Source of the DNA: Nanobdellota archaeon
GTDB lineage: Archaea > Nanobdellota > Nanobdellia > Pacearchaeales > GW2011-AR1
DNA: 64,000 nucleotides
Assembly (NCBI GenBank): GCA_038045825.1
Contig: JBBSXJ010000004.1
Span: forward strand, 11,465-75,464
Direction of reading: 5' to 3'
Both the position numbers and the translations under genes were made by a program. Below the pieces are notes generated by a model that did no database searches, was not told the origin of the DNA, and saw only the letters and a list, made by a program, of their open reading frames with translations. Shown here piece by piece: positions 1-8,469 of this stretch (position 1 is its first letter; every line of letters starts with the position of its first letter).

Positions 1-2
1 GC

Positions 3-479
3 ATGAATCGAAAAGGGCATACAGGTACTGTGTTATTAGTCATTGGGGCTTTCTTCCTTGTTGTTTTTGCACTTTATGTTATGCTTTCAAACAATACTGA
101 CTTGACTTTGATTAAAGCTGAGTTAAGGAAACCATCTGATTTTGCTAAAACGAGTCATGAATATCTATTGAATTCTACTGAAGATATTATTGTTAAGTCT
201 ATAACTGAATCTAAGAGTTCTGCTGATTTTGAGAAGTCATTTAACGAATCATTAAGAAGGTATGCTTCTGAAAGGAGAGAATCTGGTTTGAATAACAACC
301 TTTATGCTAAACTTTCTTTAGGACAGTATTCATTGCTTCTGAAAGATGGAAAATATGAGCTTGTTGTTTCAGGAATATCTGAAAATTATAATGTTAATAA
401 TGATGAAATAAATTATGTTTATTCTTTGAAGGTTATTTTTGATAAGGCTAAAGTACTCTCTATGAAGGAAAGTTTATAA
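3..479 (+). CDS. Membrane-anchored hypothetical protein with candidate class III (type IV pilin-like) signal peptide
   Basis: ORF track. The N-terminus MNRKG/HTGTVLLVIGAFFLVVFALYV has a short basic leader, KG, then about 20 hydrophobic residues. It is the first gene of a same-strand cluster of similar proteins. Confidence 0.55.
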   Translation: MNRKGHTGTVLLVIGAFFLVVFALYVMLSNNTDLTLIKAELRKPSDFAKTSHEYLLNSTEDIIVKSITESKSSADFEKSFNESLRRYASERRESGLNNNLYAKLSLGQYSLLLKDGKYELVVSGISENYNVNNDEINYVYSLKVIFDKAKVLSMKESL

Positions 480-501
480 AGAACTTTTATCATTATTTAA
501 T

Positions 502-948
502 ATGGTGATTGAAAAGAGAAAGGGAGATGTTACTATTTCTACAGTCATATTAATTGTACTGGGTCTTGTTGTTCTTGTCATGTTAATAATTGGTTTTACT
601 CAAGGATTTGATACAATATTTGGTATTTTTGACAGAGCTCCTAGCGAATTACAGACTCTTGCAAGTGCATGTGAGGTATATATTCAAGGGAATTTAGCTA
701 TTGACTTTTGTTCGTATAGAGTTACTGAAGTAGATGGTAAGGATGAAATTGTTAATTGTAACGATCCTAGAATTCAATCTATTTATGTTGCTAAGGGCTT
801 GAATAATATGTCTTGCACTAGTCAAAATAACTTGGTAGCTATTTGTGATCAGATTCCTGCTGATGATAGAGGAACTGTAAAAGTAAACAATGTTGCTAGC
901 GACAAGATTACAACTACTGCTAAGTGCACTGCGCCTCTTACCCCTTAA
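502..948 (+). CDS. Small Cys-rich secreted/anchored protein with prepilin-like leader
   Basis: MVIEKRKG/DVTISTVILIVLGLVVLVMLIIGF fits the archaeal prepilin pattern. The ectodomain has 6 Cys. It is a paralog of 949..1389 (shared ELQxLAxxC..Y..FCxY..VNCxDxRI). Confidence 0.6.
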   Translation: MVIEKRKGDVTISTVILIVLGLVVLVMLIIGFTQGFDTIFGIFDRAPSELQTLASACEVYIQGNLAIDFCSYRVTEVDGKDEIVNCNDPRIQSIYVAKGLNNMSCTSQNNLVAICDQIPADDRGTVKVNNVASDKITTTAKCTAPLTP

Positions 949-1389
949 TTGAATATGGTTAAAAACAAAAAAACAAACAAGGTTAAAAGTGAATTGAAGA
1001 ATAGTGGTAAAAAGAGTTTTGGTTCTAAGCCTCTTGTTTGGGTTGTTTTGGGTGTTTTACTTTTAGTAGTTATAGTCATGCTTGTAAGAAAGGATGGAAG
1101 CAATTCAGGCTATGTTTCTAATGAGCTTCAAGCATTGGCTGATAATTGTGTATTTTATGTGAAAAATGTATATAGGGCTGAGTTTTGCGGATATAATTTA
1201 ATAAATGGAGATCTTGTTAACTGCAGAGACTCTAGAATTATTGATATACTTACATCTCAGGGGATTGATACAAGTTTTAGTTCATTGAACTGCAGAAATA
1301 TAGATATATACACTTTCAGAAAGGATGCTTGTTTGGGTCTTCCTGTAGATACTAAGATAGCAGACAAGACATGCGCTGATTACCAGTAA
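949..1389 (+). CDS. Small Cys-rich membrane-anchored protein, paralog of 502..948
   Basis: The track start is TTG; the ATG at 955 is more likely. It has a Lys-rich leader, a TM helix, then a 6-Cys domain alignable with the preceding gene. Confidence 0.6.
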   Translation: MNMVKNKKTNKVKSELKNSGKKSFGSKPLVWVVLGVLLLVVIVMLVRKDGSNSGYVSNELQALADNCVFYVKNVYRAEFCGYNLINGDLVNCRDSRIIDILTSQGIDTSFSSLNCRNIDIYTFRKDACLGLPVDTKIADKTCADYQ

Positions 1390-1425
1390 CAATGTTTTTA
1401 ATTACTCATTGATTCTTTTTGTTTA

Positions 1426-1824
1426 ATGGTTTGGAATCAGAAGCTCGCATTTAGAATATTTTTGGCTGTTTTGATTATAATTTTTGTACTTATATTTTAT
1501 TTCGTTTTTATAGATAAGGATGGTTCTGGAGCAGAGCAATTTTTTGGAGCAATAGGTTTTGAGTCTACAGAAAGTGCTGATGATAATCCTGCAGTTCCTT
1601 TACCTTCTTCCAGGGGAAGTTCTGCGGGATCATCTATGGGTTCTAGTGGGGGATCTGGAGGTTCTGGAATCGAGGGTTCTAGTATATTGAGGTTTTGTAC
1701 TTTTGATGCTTATCATACTATAACGAGTGATGTTCCATGTAGGTGTGGTTTTAGCGGTGTTTGTTATCAACCCGAGGGTATTTGCGACGCTACCTTTAAT
1801 AATGGTGAGGGTCTTTGTTCTTAA
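1426..1824 (+). CDS. Membrane-anchored protein with Gly/Ser linker and C-terminal Cys-rich module
   Basis: N-terminal TM helix, linker SSRGSSAGSSMGSSGGSGGSG, then 6 Cys in the last 45 aa. Same strand and tight spacing with the neighbouring genes. Confidence 0.55.
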   Translation: MVWNQKLAFRIFLAVLIIIFVLIFYFVFIDKDGSGAEQFFGAIGFESTESADDNPAVPLPSSRGSSAGSSMGSSGGSGGSGIEGSSILRFCTFDAYHTITSDVPCRCGFSGVCYQPEGICDATFNNGEGLCS

Positions 1825-1830
1825 AGGAAC

Positions 1831-2145
1831 ATGAATAGCAAGGGTTTTGATATAGCAATAACTACAATTATATTGATAATAATAGGTGTTGCAGTTCTTA
1901 TAGGATTTGTATTTTTTGTTAAAAATGGTTTTAGTTTTTTCAAGTCTGGAACTGATCCAATTTTGAAAACTCAGAATTTGGAAGCTACAAGGCAGGCTTG
2001 TGAATTGGTTTGTAGAAGTGGAAATGAAATTGCTTTCTGTTGTCAGTCTATAAAAATGAATGATGAGGAAATATATTGTTATGATTCCAGTTTGAATGTA
2101 GATTGCAACTTGGGATGTGCAACAGTAACTTGTCCTGCTGAATGA
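1831..2145 (+). CDS. Small Cys-rich protein with prepilin-like leader
   Basis: MNSKG/FDIAITTIILIIIGVAVLIGFVFF is a prepilin-like leader. There are 8 Cys in about 65 aa. LEATRQACELV..AFCC..IYCYD echoes the 502/949 paralog pattern. Confidence 0.6.
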   Translation: MNSKGFDIAITTIILIIIGVAVLIGFVFFVKNGFSFFKSGTDPILKTQNLEATRQACELVCRSGNEIAFCCQSIKMNDEEIYCYDSSLNVDCNLGCATVTCPAE

Positions 2146-2180
2146 GTTAGTTTTTTATATACATCTTATTTTGTTTCTTT

Positions 2181-2300
2181 ATGTCAGAGGATTATGGTTT
2201 TGGGGGAAAGCGTAAAAGCAAGAATGATAAGAGAAAACAACGAGGATATAATAAATACAAGAAAGGTGGACAATTTAGAACACGTGAAGATAAAAAATAA
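2181..2300 (+). CDS. Possible 39-aa highly basic small ORF
   Basis: Hand translation: MSEDYGFGGKRKSKNDKRKQRGYNKYKKGGQFRTREDKK. It is below the track cutoff, and its coding status is unproven. Confidence 0.2.
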   Translation: MSEDYGFGGKRKSKNDKRKQRGYNKYKKGGQFRTREDKK

Positions 2301-2301
2301 A

Positions 2302-2979
2302 TTAACTTTTAGTCCAGAAATATGCGCTCATTAAGCCTAGTATAATTAAAATTGCTCCGATCATATTTGAGTTTCCTTGGGACATGTTGCTTATTGCGTT
2401 GCCTGTGATGTTTGGTGAGATAAAAAATAGTCCTCCGATGATTAGTATTAACGCTATCCAGGGGGGTACTGCTCTCCTTCTTTTTTCTTTTGAAACTCTT
2501 TCTTCCAAATTTCCATGATTTGGATGAGGTTCTTTATCTAATATCTTAAGGATGTTATAAGCGTGTCCTGCTGTTTCTTTGTCTCCTGCTCTTGTTGCTT
2601 GTTTTATTAATCTTTTTGCCCTATTTTCGATCCATGATTCATATTTTATGCTTGACTGGTAGTTTTCTGGGTCTTTTTCAGATTTTTCTCTTTGCTTTAA
2701 TCTTAGAGTTACGCCATATAATCTGTCTGTTGCTTTAGAGAGATCGCCTTCTTTTCTCTCAAAGTCACTTTTAACAATATCTTTTTCTATTCCGTAGTCA
2801 CTTCTCTGAATTGCGTTATAATGATCAGCGTCTTGTTGAGTTATTGGGGGTTTGGTAATTGAATCTCTCATTGCCTTTCTTGCAGTTATTCCTGATTCGT
2901 CTTCATAAAGTTCATGTTGTGCTCTTGCAACATCTCCTCTTTTAGAATGGTTATCTTTTTTATTGGGTTTATATTTCAT
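2302..2979 (-). CDS. Hypothetical protein with charged N-terminal region and two C-terminal TM helices
   Basis: ORF track; no family recognised. The C-terminus PPWIALILIIGGLFFISP...MIGAILIILGLMSAYFW is hydrophobic. Confidence 0.5.
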   Translation of the reverse strand: MKYKPNKKDNHSKRGDVARAQHELYEDESGITARKAMRDSITKPPITQQDADHYNAIQRSDYGIEKDIVKSDFERKEGDLSKATDRLYGVTLRLKQREKSEKDPENYQSSIKYESWIENRAKRLIKQATRAGDKETAGHAYNILKILDKEPHPNHGNLEERVSKEKRRRAVPPWIALILIIGGLFFISPNITGNAISNMSQGNSNMIGAILIILGLMSAYFWTKS

Positions 2980-3027
2980 ACGATGTTAAAGCTTTGAGGG
3001 TATATATCTTTTTCCAAGATGAAGAAT

Positions 3028-4002
3028 TTAATGCTGGCTTAGAATTTCTTCAAGTATTTCTAGAGTATAACTTAATAAGAGAGGACCAACTATTATTCCT
3101 GCTAGTCCTAATACCTGAGTTCCACCCATGACTCCTAGAAGCATTACTACTGGATGTATGCTTGAGTCTTTTCCGGCTACTTTTGTTCTTAATATTGTGT
3201 CTAGATATATTGATATGAATAATCCAAATGCTAGAATTATTCCCGATGATATATAGTCTTGCTGGATTATTTTTATTATGAGGGTTGGAACCCATATTAT
3301 TGCAGGTCCTCCAGGTATGAAAGCAAATATTCCTATTAATGTTGCAAGTATTAAGTAGAAGTTTATTCCTGCTAACCAGAATCCTATTGCTGCTACTAAT
3401 GCTTGAATGAATGCTAAGAATAATGTGCCTTTGACTATTTTCTTTGTCGTGTCTGCCATGTCTTTTATCACTTTGTCTTTATTGTCGAAAGGAACATAGT
3501 TTCTCATTCTTGTGCTAAGTTTTGGCCAACTTAGAAGAAGATAGTAGATTATGAAAATCATTACAAAAAGAGATACTATTGATGCTGCTACAGATAGAGT
3601 TATTCCTGAAAGAGTTTGCACTCCAAAACTAAAGAATTTATTTGTAAGATCAGACAGATTGAAATTATATTTTTGTATTATCTCTAAGGTTTCTACTTTA
3701 GATATTAATAATGCAAGAGCTCCTGACTGGATTGCTCTATATATTTGAGAGATTATTTCTTTAATTACAAAGAATAAAGGGATGAATATGATGAGAATTG
3801 TTGCTGCAAGGGTTATACTTGCTGCCAACCATGAAGGCATCTTTCTTTCCAATTTTTTATGGATTGGATAGACTAGATATGTTACTATGAATGCACCTAT
3901 TATTGCTACAACATAATCTTTTATTATTATGAAAGACACAGTTACAAGAGCAAGAAGTATTATTATTGGAAGATAACGGTGGATCCACTCTTTTCTCATC
4001 AA
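3028..4002 (-). CDS. AI-2E family (PerM/UPF0118-like) transporter
   Basis: 324-aa polytopic membrane protein whose length and helix pattern are typical of this family. The call is made by eye only. Confidence 0.6.
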   Translation of the reverse strand: MMRKEWIHRYLPIIILLALVTVSFIIIKDYVVAIIGAFIVTYLVYPIHKKLERKMPSWLAASITLAATILIIFIPLFFVIKEIISQIYRAIQSGALALLISKVETLEIIQKYNFNLSDLTNKFFSFGVQTLSGITLSVAASIVSLFVMIFIIYYLLLSWPKLSTRMRNYVPFDNKDKVIKDMADTTKKIVKGTLFLAFIQALVAAIGFWLAGINFYLILATLIGIFAFIPGGPAIIWVPTLIIKIIQQDYISSGIILAFGLFISIYLDTILRTKVAGKDSSIHPVVMLLGVMGGTQVLGLAGIIVGPLLLSYTLEILEEILSQH

Positions 4003-4049
4003 ACATAGCGGTAAATAATATTAATAAAGTATCTCTTTTGTTATATATA

Positions 4050-4874
4050 ATGGGTGAATACATATTCTTGTATATTATTGGATTTATTGCTATATTATTT
4101 GCAGTGATTCAGGACCTGAGGACTAGAGAAATTGCTAACTGGCTTACATTTTCATTGATTGCTTTTGTTCTTGCATATAGGGCAATTTATTCTATTTATT
4201 CTAATAACTTCATGTTTTTTGTATATGGGCTTTTTGGAATATTTTTATTTGTAGGGCTTGGGTATCTTTTTTATTATGCAAGAGTTTTTGCTGGTGGAGA
4301 TGCTAAACTTCTTTTTGGATTAGGTGGAATATTCCCTTACTCTTCTTTGTTTGATTACGCTTACTATGGGGTTGGTTTTATATTATTGTTATTTACATCT
4401 GGAGTAATTTACACTTTATTTTACAGCTTCTTTTTGGTAAGACAAAATTATAATGATTTTAAAAAATCTTTTGTTAATCAAATAAAAAGACTCAAATATT
4501 TCTTTATTGTGTCTATTATTTTAGCTATTTTGGTCTTTTTTACTAGAGATGTTTATGATTCTGTAATTATAATAAATATATTCGCGGTTTTTGTATTATT
4601 ATCTCCTTTTCTTTTTGCTTATGTAAGGGCAGTTGAGAAGTCTTGCATGATTCAACTTATTTCTCCAGATAAACTTACTGAAGGAGATTGGTTAGAAAGA
4701 GATGTTTATGTAAATGGCAAGGTTATAAAAAAGAACTTTGCAGGATTGAACTTTAATCAGATACTCATTTTGAGAAAGAGAGGCAAGAAAGTAATGATAA
4801 AGACAGGGGTTCCATTTGCGCCTGCTTTTTTATTAGCACTTTTATTTTTTTATGTTTATATTAAAGTCCTTTGA
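4050..4874 (+). CDS. A24-family prepilin/preflagellin peptidase (FlaK/PibD/EppA-like)
   Basis: Polytopic membrane protein. Asp motif 1 lies in AVIQDLRTREIANW and Asp motif 2 in FAGGDAKLL (GxGD type). ATG 4050 is preferred because the 3966 track start overlaps the divergent gene 3028..4002. Confidence 0.75.
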   Translation: MGEYIFLYIIGFIAILFAVIQDLRTREIANWLTFSLIAFVLAYRAIYSIYSNNFMFFVYGLFGIFLFVGLGYLFYYARVFAGGDAKLLFGLGGIFPYSSLFDYAYYGVGFILLLFTSGVIYTLFYSFFLVRQNYNDFKKSFVNQIKRLKYFFIVSIILAILVFFTRDVYDSVIIINIFAVFVLLSPFLFAYVRAVEKSCMIQLISPDKLTEGDWLERDVYVNGKVIKKNFAGLNFNQILILRKRGKKVMIKTGVPFAPAFLLALLFFYVYIKVL

Positions 4875-4946
4875 GTTTAGTAAAATTTAGATGGCTATAA
4901 ATTTAAATTTGAAAACATTTATATATATTTATTCATTGTTATTTTT

Positions 4947-5489
4947 ATGAAGAGTCAGGTCAAGGTATTTTTTGTTTTATTACTAATTGTTGGTGTCTTC
5001 ATTTATTTTAATCAGAAAGACTTTATGCTTGAACCAACTAAACCTGAACAATATGAATGTGGTGACGAATTCGAAAAGAATATTGTTTTAAAAAAAGGTG
5101 AAAAAATGGGACCAGTGCGGGGTCTTGGTTCAACTGAAGAATTAGCCTTACTAGATGCTAAAGCAGGCTGTATGGGGAATAGTGAGGGTGTAGGTGGCTT
5201 AGCTGGATTAAAAAAAGATGCTAAGGGTAATGTTAGATATCGATTCGTTCATTTTTATTGTGATAATGCTGAACGTCAATGCATAGGAGGCGGTGGCACT
5301 GGATGCGAAGAATATTTTTTCTCAGATATTTTTAATAGTGAGCCACATATTCTTTTCACTTGTCAGCAACCTTTTAAACTTTCAGATGGTAGCTTTCGGG
5401 GAGAGTGTAGTTGCGAAGTTATTCAAGATATATCATTATATGCTACTTGGGGATGTACTGAGTGTGAATATCCGGATAATAATGAATAA
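4947..5489 (+). CDS. Secreted/anchored Cys-rich hypothetical protein
   Basis: N-terminal hydrophobic anchor MKSQVKVFFVLLLIVGVFIYF, then a domain with 10 Cys. A TATA-like CATTTATATATAT lies about 25 nt upstream. Confidence 0.6.
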   Translation: MKSQVKVFFVLLLIVGVFIYFNQKDFMLEPTKPEQYECGDEFEKNIVLKKGEKMGPVRGLGSTEELALLDAKAGCMGNSEGVGGLAGLKKDAKGNVRYRFVHFYCDNAERQCIGGGGTGCEEYFFSDIFNSEPHILFTCQQPFKLSDGSFRGECSCEVIQDISLYATWGCTECEYPDNNE

Positions 5490-5513
5490 TCTGCCTCACG
5501 ATTTGTCTTGATT

Positions 5514-6110
5514 TTAAGGAATTCTTCTTGGTAACTTTTTTATGGGCTCTTTTTTCTCTTCTTGTTTAATTTCTTCTTTTTTATCTTCTCTTTTTAATTC
5601 TTCTGCTATTTTTTCTAATTGCTCTTCTGATGGATTTGTTCTTTCACTATTTAATGAGAGTTCTTTATCATAGATTGGAATAATATTTATTATAACTTCT
5701 CCAAATTTGGTTTCTGGAGCCACTTTTATATTTTTAGCTTTTAACTTATCAGATATATTTTTTGATATTTTATCTATGAGGATGGATATGTTCTCAGGTA
5801 TTATATCTATATTTTCGAGTTTTTCTTTAGGAATTATTATTGAATGGCCTTTTGAAATTGGTCTTATTTCTAAAACAGCTACCGCTGACGAGTTTTCGTC
5901 TATTTTTTTACTTGGTATTTTACCTGCTACTATTTCTCTAAATATGTTGACTTGAGATTCTTTTTGATTTTTTAGCATTTCTTCTATTGTTTCATCAGAT
6001 AAATTATCTATTTGCTTTTCTGCATCTTTTCTTTGATTTTCAGGTAGTTTCTTTATTTGGTCTAATAATTGTTTTTTTAGCTCTGAAATTTGTTCTTTTG
6101 TTAGGCTCAT
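5514..6110 (-). CDS. HIT-fold-like protein with degenerate histidine triad, coiled-coil N-terminus and K/E-rich tail
   Basis: IFREIVAGKIPSKKIDENSSAVAVLEIRPISKGHSIIIPKEK matches the HIT N-terminal half. The HxHxHxx position reads VIINIIP. Confidence 0.6.
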   Translation of the reverse strand: MSLTKEQISELKKQLLDQIKKLPENQRKDAEKQIDNLSDETIEEMLKNQKESQVNIFREIVAGKIPSKKIDENSSAVAVLEIRPISKGHSIIIPKEKLENIDIIPENISILIDKISKNISDKLKAKNIKVAPETKFGEVIINIIPIYDKELSLNSERTNPSEEQLEKIAEELKREDKKEEIKQEEKKEPIKKLPRRIP

Positions 6111-6111
6111 T

Positions 6112-6327
6112 TTATTCCAATGATTCTGGTTGTTTTAGAACTCTACTGTATTCTGATTTCATGTTTCTTATATGTTCTGCCATACTTATAGTATCTAGTT
6201 TTATTGTTTTTTTACCAATATATACTATTTCTATGCACCCAGGGAGACCCTTTAGCAATCTTAATGGCATATATACTTGACCTCTAGAATCTGTGAAATA
6301 TTCTCCATCAAACATGTTGTCAGCCAA
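6112..6327 (-). CDS. Hypothetical 71-aa protein co-transcribed with aEF-1beta
   Basis: ORF track. It overlaps the upstream aEF-1beta gene by 8 nt. No family recognised. Confidence 0.45.
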   Translation of the reverse strand: MADNMFDGEYFTDSRGQVYMPLRLLKGLPGCIEIVYIGKKTIKLDTISMAEHIRNMKSEYSRVLKQPESLE

Positions 6328-6595
6328 ATGCTCTTCTGTAATCTTCTATTGTAACTGAAGATACATGAGGTACTTTTGCTAGCTCTTGTTCTACAAAGTC
6401 TGTTCCTTTTTCTTCAGGGAATGCCATCTTTAACATTAGAGCCTTTAGACCAAAAGCTACTGGTTTTTCTTCAAATGTAACTGCTTTTGCGCCATTTGAT
6501 TCCATTTTATGCTTTACGGTCTCTTTCATTTTGTTTAGATCTACATCAGGAGATTCAGGCATTATTTTTATTATTATTACTGCTGTGTTTGCCAT
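6320..6595 (-). CDS. ef1b: Translation elongation factor aEF-1 beta
   Basis: 91 aa. IKIMPESPDVDL...PVAFGLKAL...VSSVTIEDYRR matches the conserved aEF-1beta pattern. Confidence 0.85.
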   Translation of the reverse strand: MANTAVIIIKIMPESPDVDLNKMKETVKHKMESNGAKAVTFEEKPVAFGLKALMLKMAFPEEKGTDFVEQELAKVPHVSSVTIEDYRRAFG

Positions 6596-6617
6596 GTTTT
6601 GATTGTGTTAGGAGCTT

Positions 6618-6690
6618 TTTTAAACATTCCTAATTGATATTAGCTGGTCTAAAATTATTCTTTATTCTAGTAATTTTAAACATTCCTAAT
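6618..6690. promoter_or_regulatory. Two copies of the 17-mer TTTTAAACATTCCTAAT (TATA-containing) in a divergent intergenic region
   Basis: Copies at 6618..6634 and 6674..6690, with a third TTTTAAAC at about 6713 roughly 25 nt before the RPA start. The first copy, read on the minus strand, gives a TATA about 25 nt before the ef1b ATG. Confidence 0.4.
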
Positions 6691-6742
6691 CTTTGTTTTG
6701 GATTAGCGGTATTCTTTTAAACCTGAAGTTTGTGGTGTTTGA

Positions 6743-7639
6743 ATGGATACGTACTCAAGTTTGGTTGATAAGATATCAAAGCATTCTAGATTATCTGTTG
6801 ATGAGGTTGAAAAGAAAGTTGATGCTAAGAAGTCAAAATTATCTGGATTGATTTCTAAGGAAGGTGCAGCTCAGATAGTGGCTGCTGAACTGGGTATTAG
6901 TTTTGAGAATGAAATTCTTAAGATTAATGAACTCTCTGAAGGACTTAGGCGTGCTAACGTTATTGGGAAAATAACTAGTGTAAATCCTGTAAAAGAATTT
7001 AACAAAAATGGGAGAAGTGGTAAATTTGCAAGCTTTACATTAGGTGATGATACTTCTAATGTAAGAGTAGTTTTATGGGATTCTAATCATGTTTCTTTGG
7101 TTGAATCTGGAAATCTAACTCAAGGAAGTGTTATTGAGATAAAAGGAGCAAGTGTCAAGAATGGAGAAATTCATGTTTCAGCTTTTTCAGACATAAAGCC
7201 TAGTGATATGAAGTTTGATTCTGTAAAAGAAACTACTGCTCCTTTATCAGGGAATTTTGGGGATGCTAAGGAAGGAGCTTTTGTTAGTGTTCGTGCTTTC
7301 ATTGTACAGACATTTGAACCAAGATTCTTTGATTCTAAAAAGAATGAGGGTGAAAAGGGTGTTTTGTTCAACTTAGTTCTTGATGATGGAAATGCTACTA
7401 TGAGATCTGTTTTATTTGGTAATAATATAAAGAAGTTGCTTGGAGTTGGAGACGAAAATCTTTTCTCTTTGGATGTATTGAATGCAAAACGTGCTGAGAT
7501 TATTGGAGAAGAAAGACTGTTTACTGGAAGCTTTAAAATGAATTCTTTTAGTAATAATTTAGAGTTTTCTGTAAGGGAAATTGAAGAATTCTCTATTGAT
7601 AAAGTAATAAAAGAACTTGAAACATCGGCAAAGGTTTAA
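6743..7639 (+). CDS. rpa: Replication protein A-like ssDNA-binding protein (OB folds)
   Basis: The N-terminal helix LSGLISKEGAAQIVAAELGI is typical of archaeal RPA/RFA. It is followed by OB-like segments (NVRVVLWDSNH..., MRSVLFG...). Confidence 0.7.
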   Translation: MDTYSSLVDKISKHSRLSVDEVEKKVDAKKSKLSGLISKEGAAQIVAAELGISFENEILKINELSEGLRRANVIGKITSVNPVKEFNKNGRSGKFASFTLGDDTSNVRVVLWDSNHVSLVESGNLTQGSVIEIKGASVKNGEIHVSAFSDIKPSDMKFDSVKETTAPLSGNFGDAKEGAFVSVRAFIVQTFEPRFFDSKKNEGEKGVLFNLVLDDGNATMRSVLFGNNIKKLLGVGDENLFSLDVLNAKRAEIIGEERLFTGSFKMNSFSNNLEFSVREIEEFSIDKVIKELETSAKV

Positions 7640-7662
7640 ATCTAATATCTCTCTGTTTTTTT

Positions 7663-8106
7663 ATGCTTAATAAAACTCATGTAGCTATAGGTTTATTCTT
7701 TATGCTTTTTTTTATAAATAAAGTAACTCATATGTGGACTTATGTTTTTATTTTTGCAATAGCAACATTACTTCCTAACCTTGACAGAGGAATTTCTTTC
7801 AAAAGAGCTCAGAATCAAGGTAAACCTCTTCCTCAAAGGAAAAGGAGTTTGCTTCATAGTTTTACATTTTGTTTAGGTGTGACTATTCTTTTTGCATGGT
7901 TTTTACCTACAATGGCTTTTCCTTTCTTTTTGGCTTATGGAACACACCTTATAGCTGATTCTTGGACTACTGAAGGGATTAAGCCTTTCTGGCCTCTTCG
8001 TTATGTTGCTAAGGGCAATGTAAGACAGGGAGGAAGTATAGAACATATGATTTTCTATAGCTTTATATTTGCAGATATAATTCTTGCTTGGATTTTGTTT
8101 TTCTGA
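7663..8106 (+). CDS. Membrane-bound metal-dependent hydrolase (DUF457/YdjM-like)
   Basis: 147-aa multi-TM protein with THVAIG at the N-terminus and GTHLIADSWTTEGIKPFWPL, typical of DUF457. Confidence 0.6.
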   Translation: MLNKTHVAIGLFFMLFFINKVTHMWTYVFIFAIATLLPNLDRGISFKRAQNQGKPLPQRKRSLLHSFTFCLGVTILFAWFLPTMAFPFFLAYGTHLIADSWTTEGIKPFWPLRYVAKGNVRQGGSIEHMIFYSFIFADIILAWILFF

Positions 8107-8150
8107 GTCTCGATTAAATTTATATATACTTTCTAGTTATTAATTTCATA

Positions 8151-8414
8151 ATGGTTTTATCTAGGACTGGCTATACAATTTCTCTTATTTTAATTTTAAT
8201 AATAATAGGAGTTGCATGTGCTGCTTTTTACTTTAAATACGATTCTTCTAGTGCTACTGTAAATCTTTCACCTGAAGAAACTGATGGGGTTCATCTTGAA
8301 TGCGTTGATATTTGTAAAGGTACAATTTACACTTGCTCTCCAAGATGTCAGTATGTAGCTGGTGAAGGGCCTGATTTGTGTGGCCCTATAGGCTCAATTT
8401 GTTCTTTGAATTAG
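8151..8414 (+). CDS. Small anchored Cys-rich protein (prepilin-like leader candidate)
   Basis: MVLSRTG/YTISLILILIIIGVACAAFYF, then 6 Cys in about 45 aa (ECVDICKG..YTCSPRCQY..LCGP..ICS). Confidence 0.55.
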   Translation: MVLSRTGYTISLILILIIIGVACAAFYFKYDSSSATVNLSPEETDGVHLECVDICKGTIYTCSPRCQYVAGEGPDLCGPIGSICSLN

Positions 8415-8469
8415 TATGTTTATTTTGTACTGATAAAATCTTTATATACTAATCAGAGTGATTTGTTTT

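Noticed and set aside
3966-4049. N-terminal 28-aa extension of the prepilin peptidase ORF in the track (start 3966).
   Set aside because: It would overlap the 5' end of the divergent transporter gene (to 4002). The extension looks non-coding, and the ATG at 4050 begins the first TM helix.
8458-8469. GTG start at 8458 for radA (track: MICFMAKEK).
   Set aside because: The ATG at 8470 sits at the typical leaderless distance from the TATA box. The extra four residues have no support.
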